NCBI RefSeq assembly: GCF_001194135.2
Contig: NC_068993.1
Location: 47,225,298 to 47,262,162, forward strand
Direction: 5' to 3'
DNA from: Octopus bimaculoides
Taxonomy: Eukaryota
Length of the DNA stretch: 36,865 nucleotides
Shown here: one piece after another, positions 36,185 to 36,865 of the stretch
Layout: each line of letters starts with the position of its first letter
Position numbering within the stretch: position 1 is the stretch's first letter
The notes under the pieces: model-generated
What the model was told of the DNA's origin: nothing
Seen by the model: the letters and a program-made list of their open reading frames with translations, nothing else
The model's database searches: none
Position numbers and translations under genes: made by a program

Positions 36185-36254
36185 GCTAGACCAAGGGTTT
36201 CAGACTTATTTTAGCAAATAAAATAATTTGCTAGGCGAAGTCTTCTTCAGCAGG
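36185..36254 (-). ncRNA. Type I hammerhead ribozyme motif (left arm), intact core
   Basis: Minus strand CCTG-CTGAAGA-AGAC-ttcgcc-TAGCAA...TGCTA-aaataa-GTCT-GAAA-CC-ctt-GGTC-TAGC. Predicted cleavage after 36189; stem I weakened to about 3 bp including a G.U pair. Confidence 0.7.
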
Positions 36255-36506
36255 TACACCTTAGATTAAACATATATACACGATGCAATCCAGCATATGC
36301 CATATGCTTATAGATTCTAATTTTTCTAATTACCTTAATATTAATTATTGAAAGTTTTTTCTGGATAATTTTCGATTTGAAAAGCTGGCATTTTATTTAT
36401 TGCCGACAAGGAGCTGCGCTTGCGCGGTAGATTTGAAGAATTAGAATGTATAAGAATGAGGCATATACTGCATTGCCTCGTGTATATATGTTTAATCCAT
36501 GGTGTA

Positions 36507-36575
36507 CCTGCTGAAGAAGACGTCGCCTAGCAAATTATTTTATTGCTAAAATAAGTCTGAAACCATTGGTCCAGG
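36507..36575 (+). ncRNA. Type I hammerhead ribozyme motif (right arm), intact core
   Basis: CCTG-CTGAAGA(36511-36517)-AGAC-gtcgcc-TAGCAA-attatttta-TTGCTA-aaataa-GTCT-GAAA(36559-36562)-CC-att-GGTC-CAGG. Perfect stems I (CCTG/CAGG) and II (AGAC/GTCT); GUC triplet; predicted cleavage after C36571. Confidence 0.85.
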
Positions 36576-36619
36576 AGTTAGATGGTAAATATTTTTTATC
36601 TTTCATTCCCTTCATCGCC

Positions 36620-36800
36620 AGCCGCAGCCCAACGCCACCACTACCACCACCGGCACCACCAACACACCTCCAGCACGAGCACAAGCACCCACCATCTTCA
36701 CCACTACCACCAGCACCACCACCACCACCAGCACCAGCACCACCACCACCAACACCACCAACACCACCAACACCATCACCACAACCTCTGCCAAACCAAT
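36620..36800 (+). repeat. Degenerate (ACC/AGC/AAC)n tract
   Basis: Read directly. Confidence 0.85.
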
Positions 36801-36865
36801 GACGCCCTATTTCCACACTTGGCTATTGCTGAATATGATAATCAATAGAGCCGATTAATTATAAG

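Larger units (their letters stand above)
36147..36614. repeat. Fold-back element: about 188-bp inverted arms (36147-36334 / 36426-36614) with a 91-bp spacer
   Basis: Arm-to-arm alignment by eye gives roughly 85-90% identity from TGAAGGGAATGAAA to ATTCTAATT.TTC.AAT.ACC. No TSD or recognisable transposase-type TIR end. Confidence 0.92.

Noticed and set aside
36147-36614. piggyBac- or Tc1-type MITE interpretation of the fold-back
   Set aside because: No TTAA or TA target duplication, AAGGG/CCCTT face the wrong way for piggyBac ends, and the arms are better explained as hammerhead cassettes.
36535-36848. Pro-, His- and Gly-rich ORFs
   Set aside because: Derived from the ACC tract; they start inside the hammerhead fold-back arm.

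Overview
AT-rich, microsatellite-saturated, gapped (11 N-runs) eukaryotic DNA. From recollection of the SINE families (not a database search) it looks like an Octopus/cephalopod assembly. I can support no intact host protein-coding gene, and most long ORFs in the track are artefacts of N-runs or simple repeats. The window is mainly a record of mobile elements: about 13 tRNA-derived SINE copies or fragments, two decayed maT/DD37D-type Tc1-mariner transposases, a Ty3/Gypsy RT fragment, a Penelope-like RT fragment, two rearranged R4/Dong LINE relics, and a Hero-like LINE 3' end interrupted by a SINE with an 11-bp TSD. The main hidden signal is a set of minimal type I hammerhead ribozyme motifs in unrelated sequence contexts (about 3490, 3846, 6448, 7690, 15214, 36250, 36511). 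Two loci have a recurring architecture, with the hammerhead inside a long fold-back inverted repeat. At 36147-36614 both arms carry a complete catalytic core, one per strand. Hammerhead folds and TE motifs were read by eye; ribozyme activity and transcription are untested inferences.
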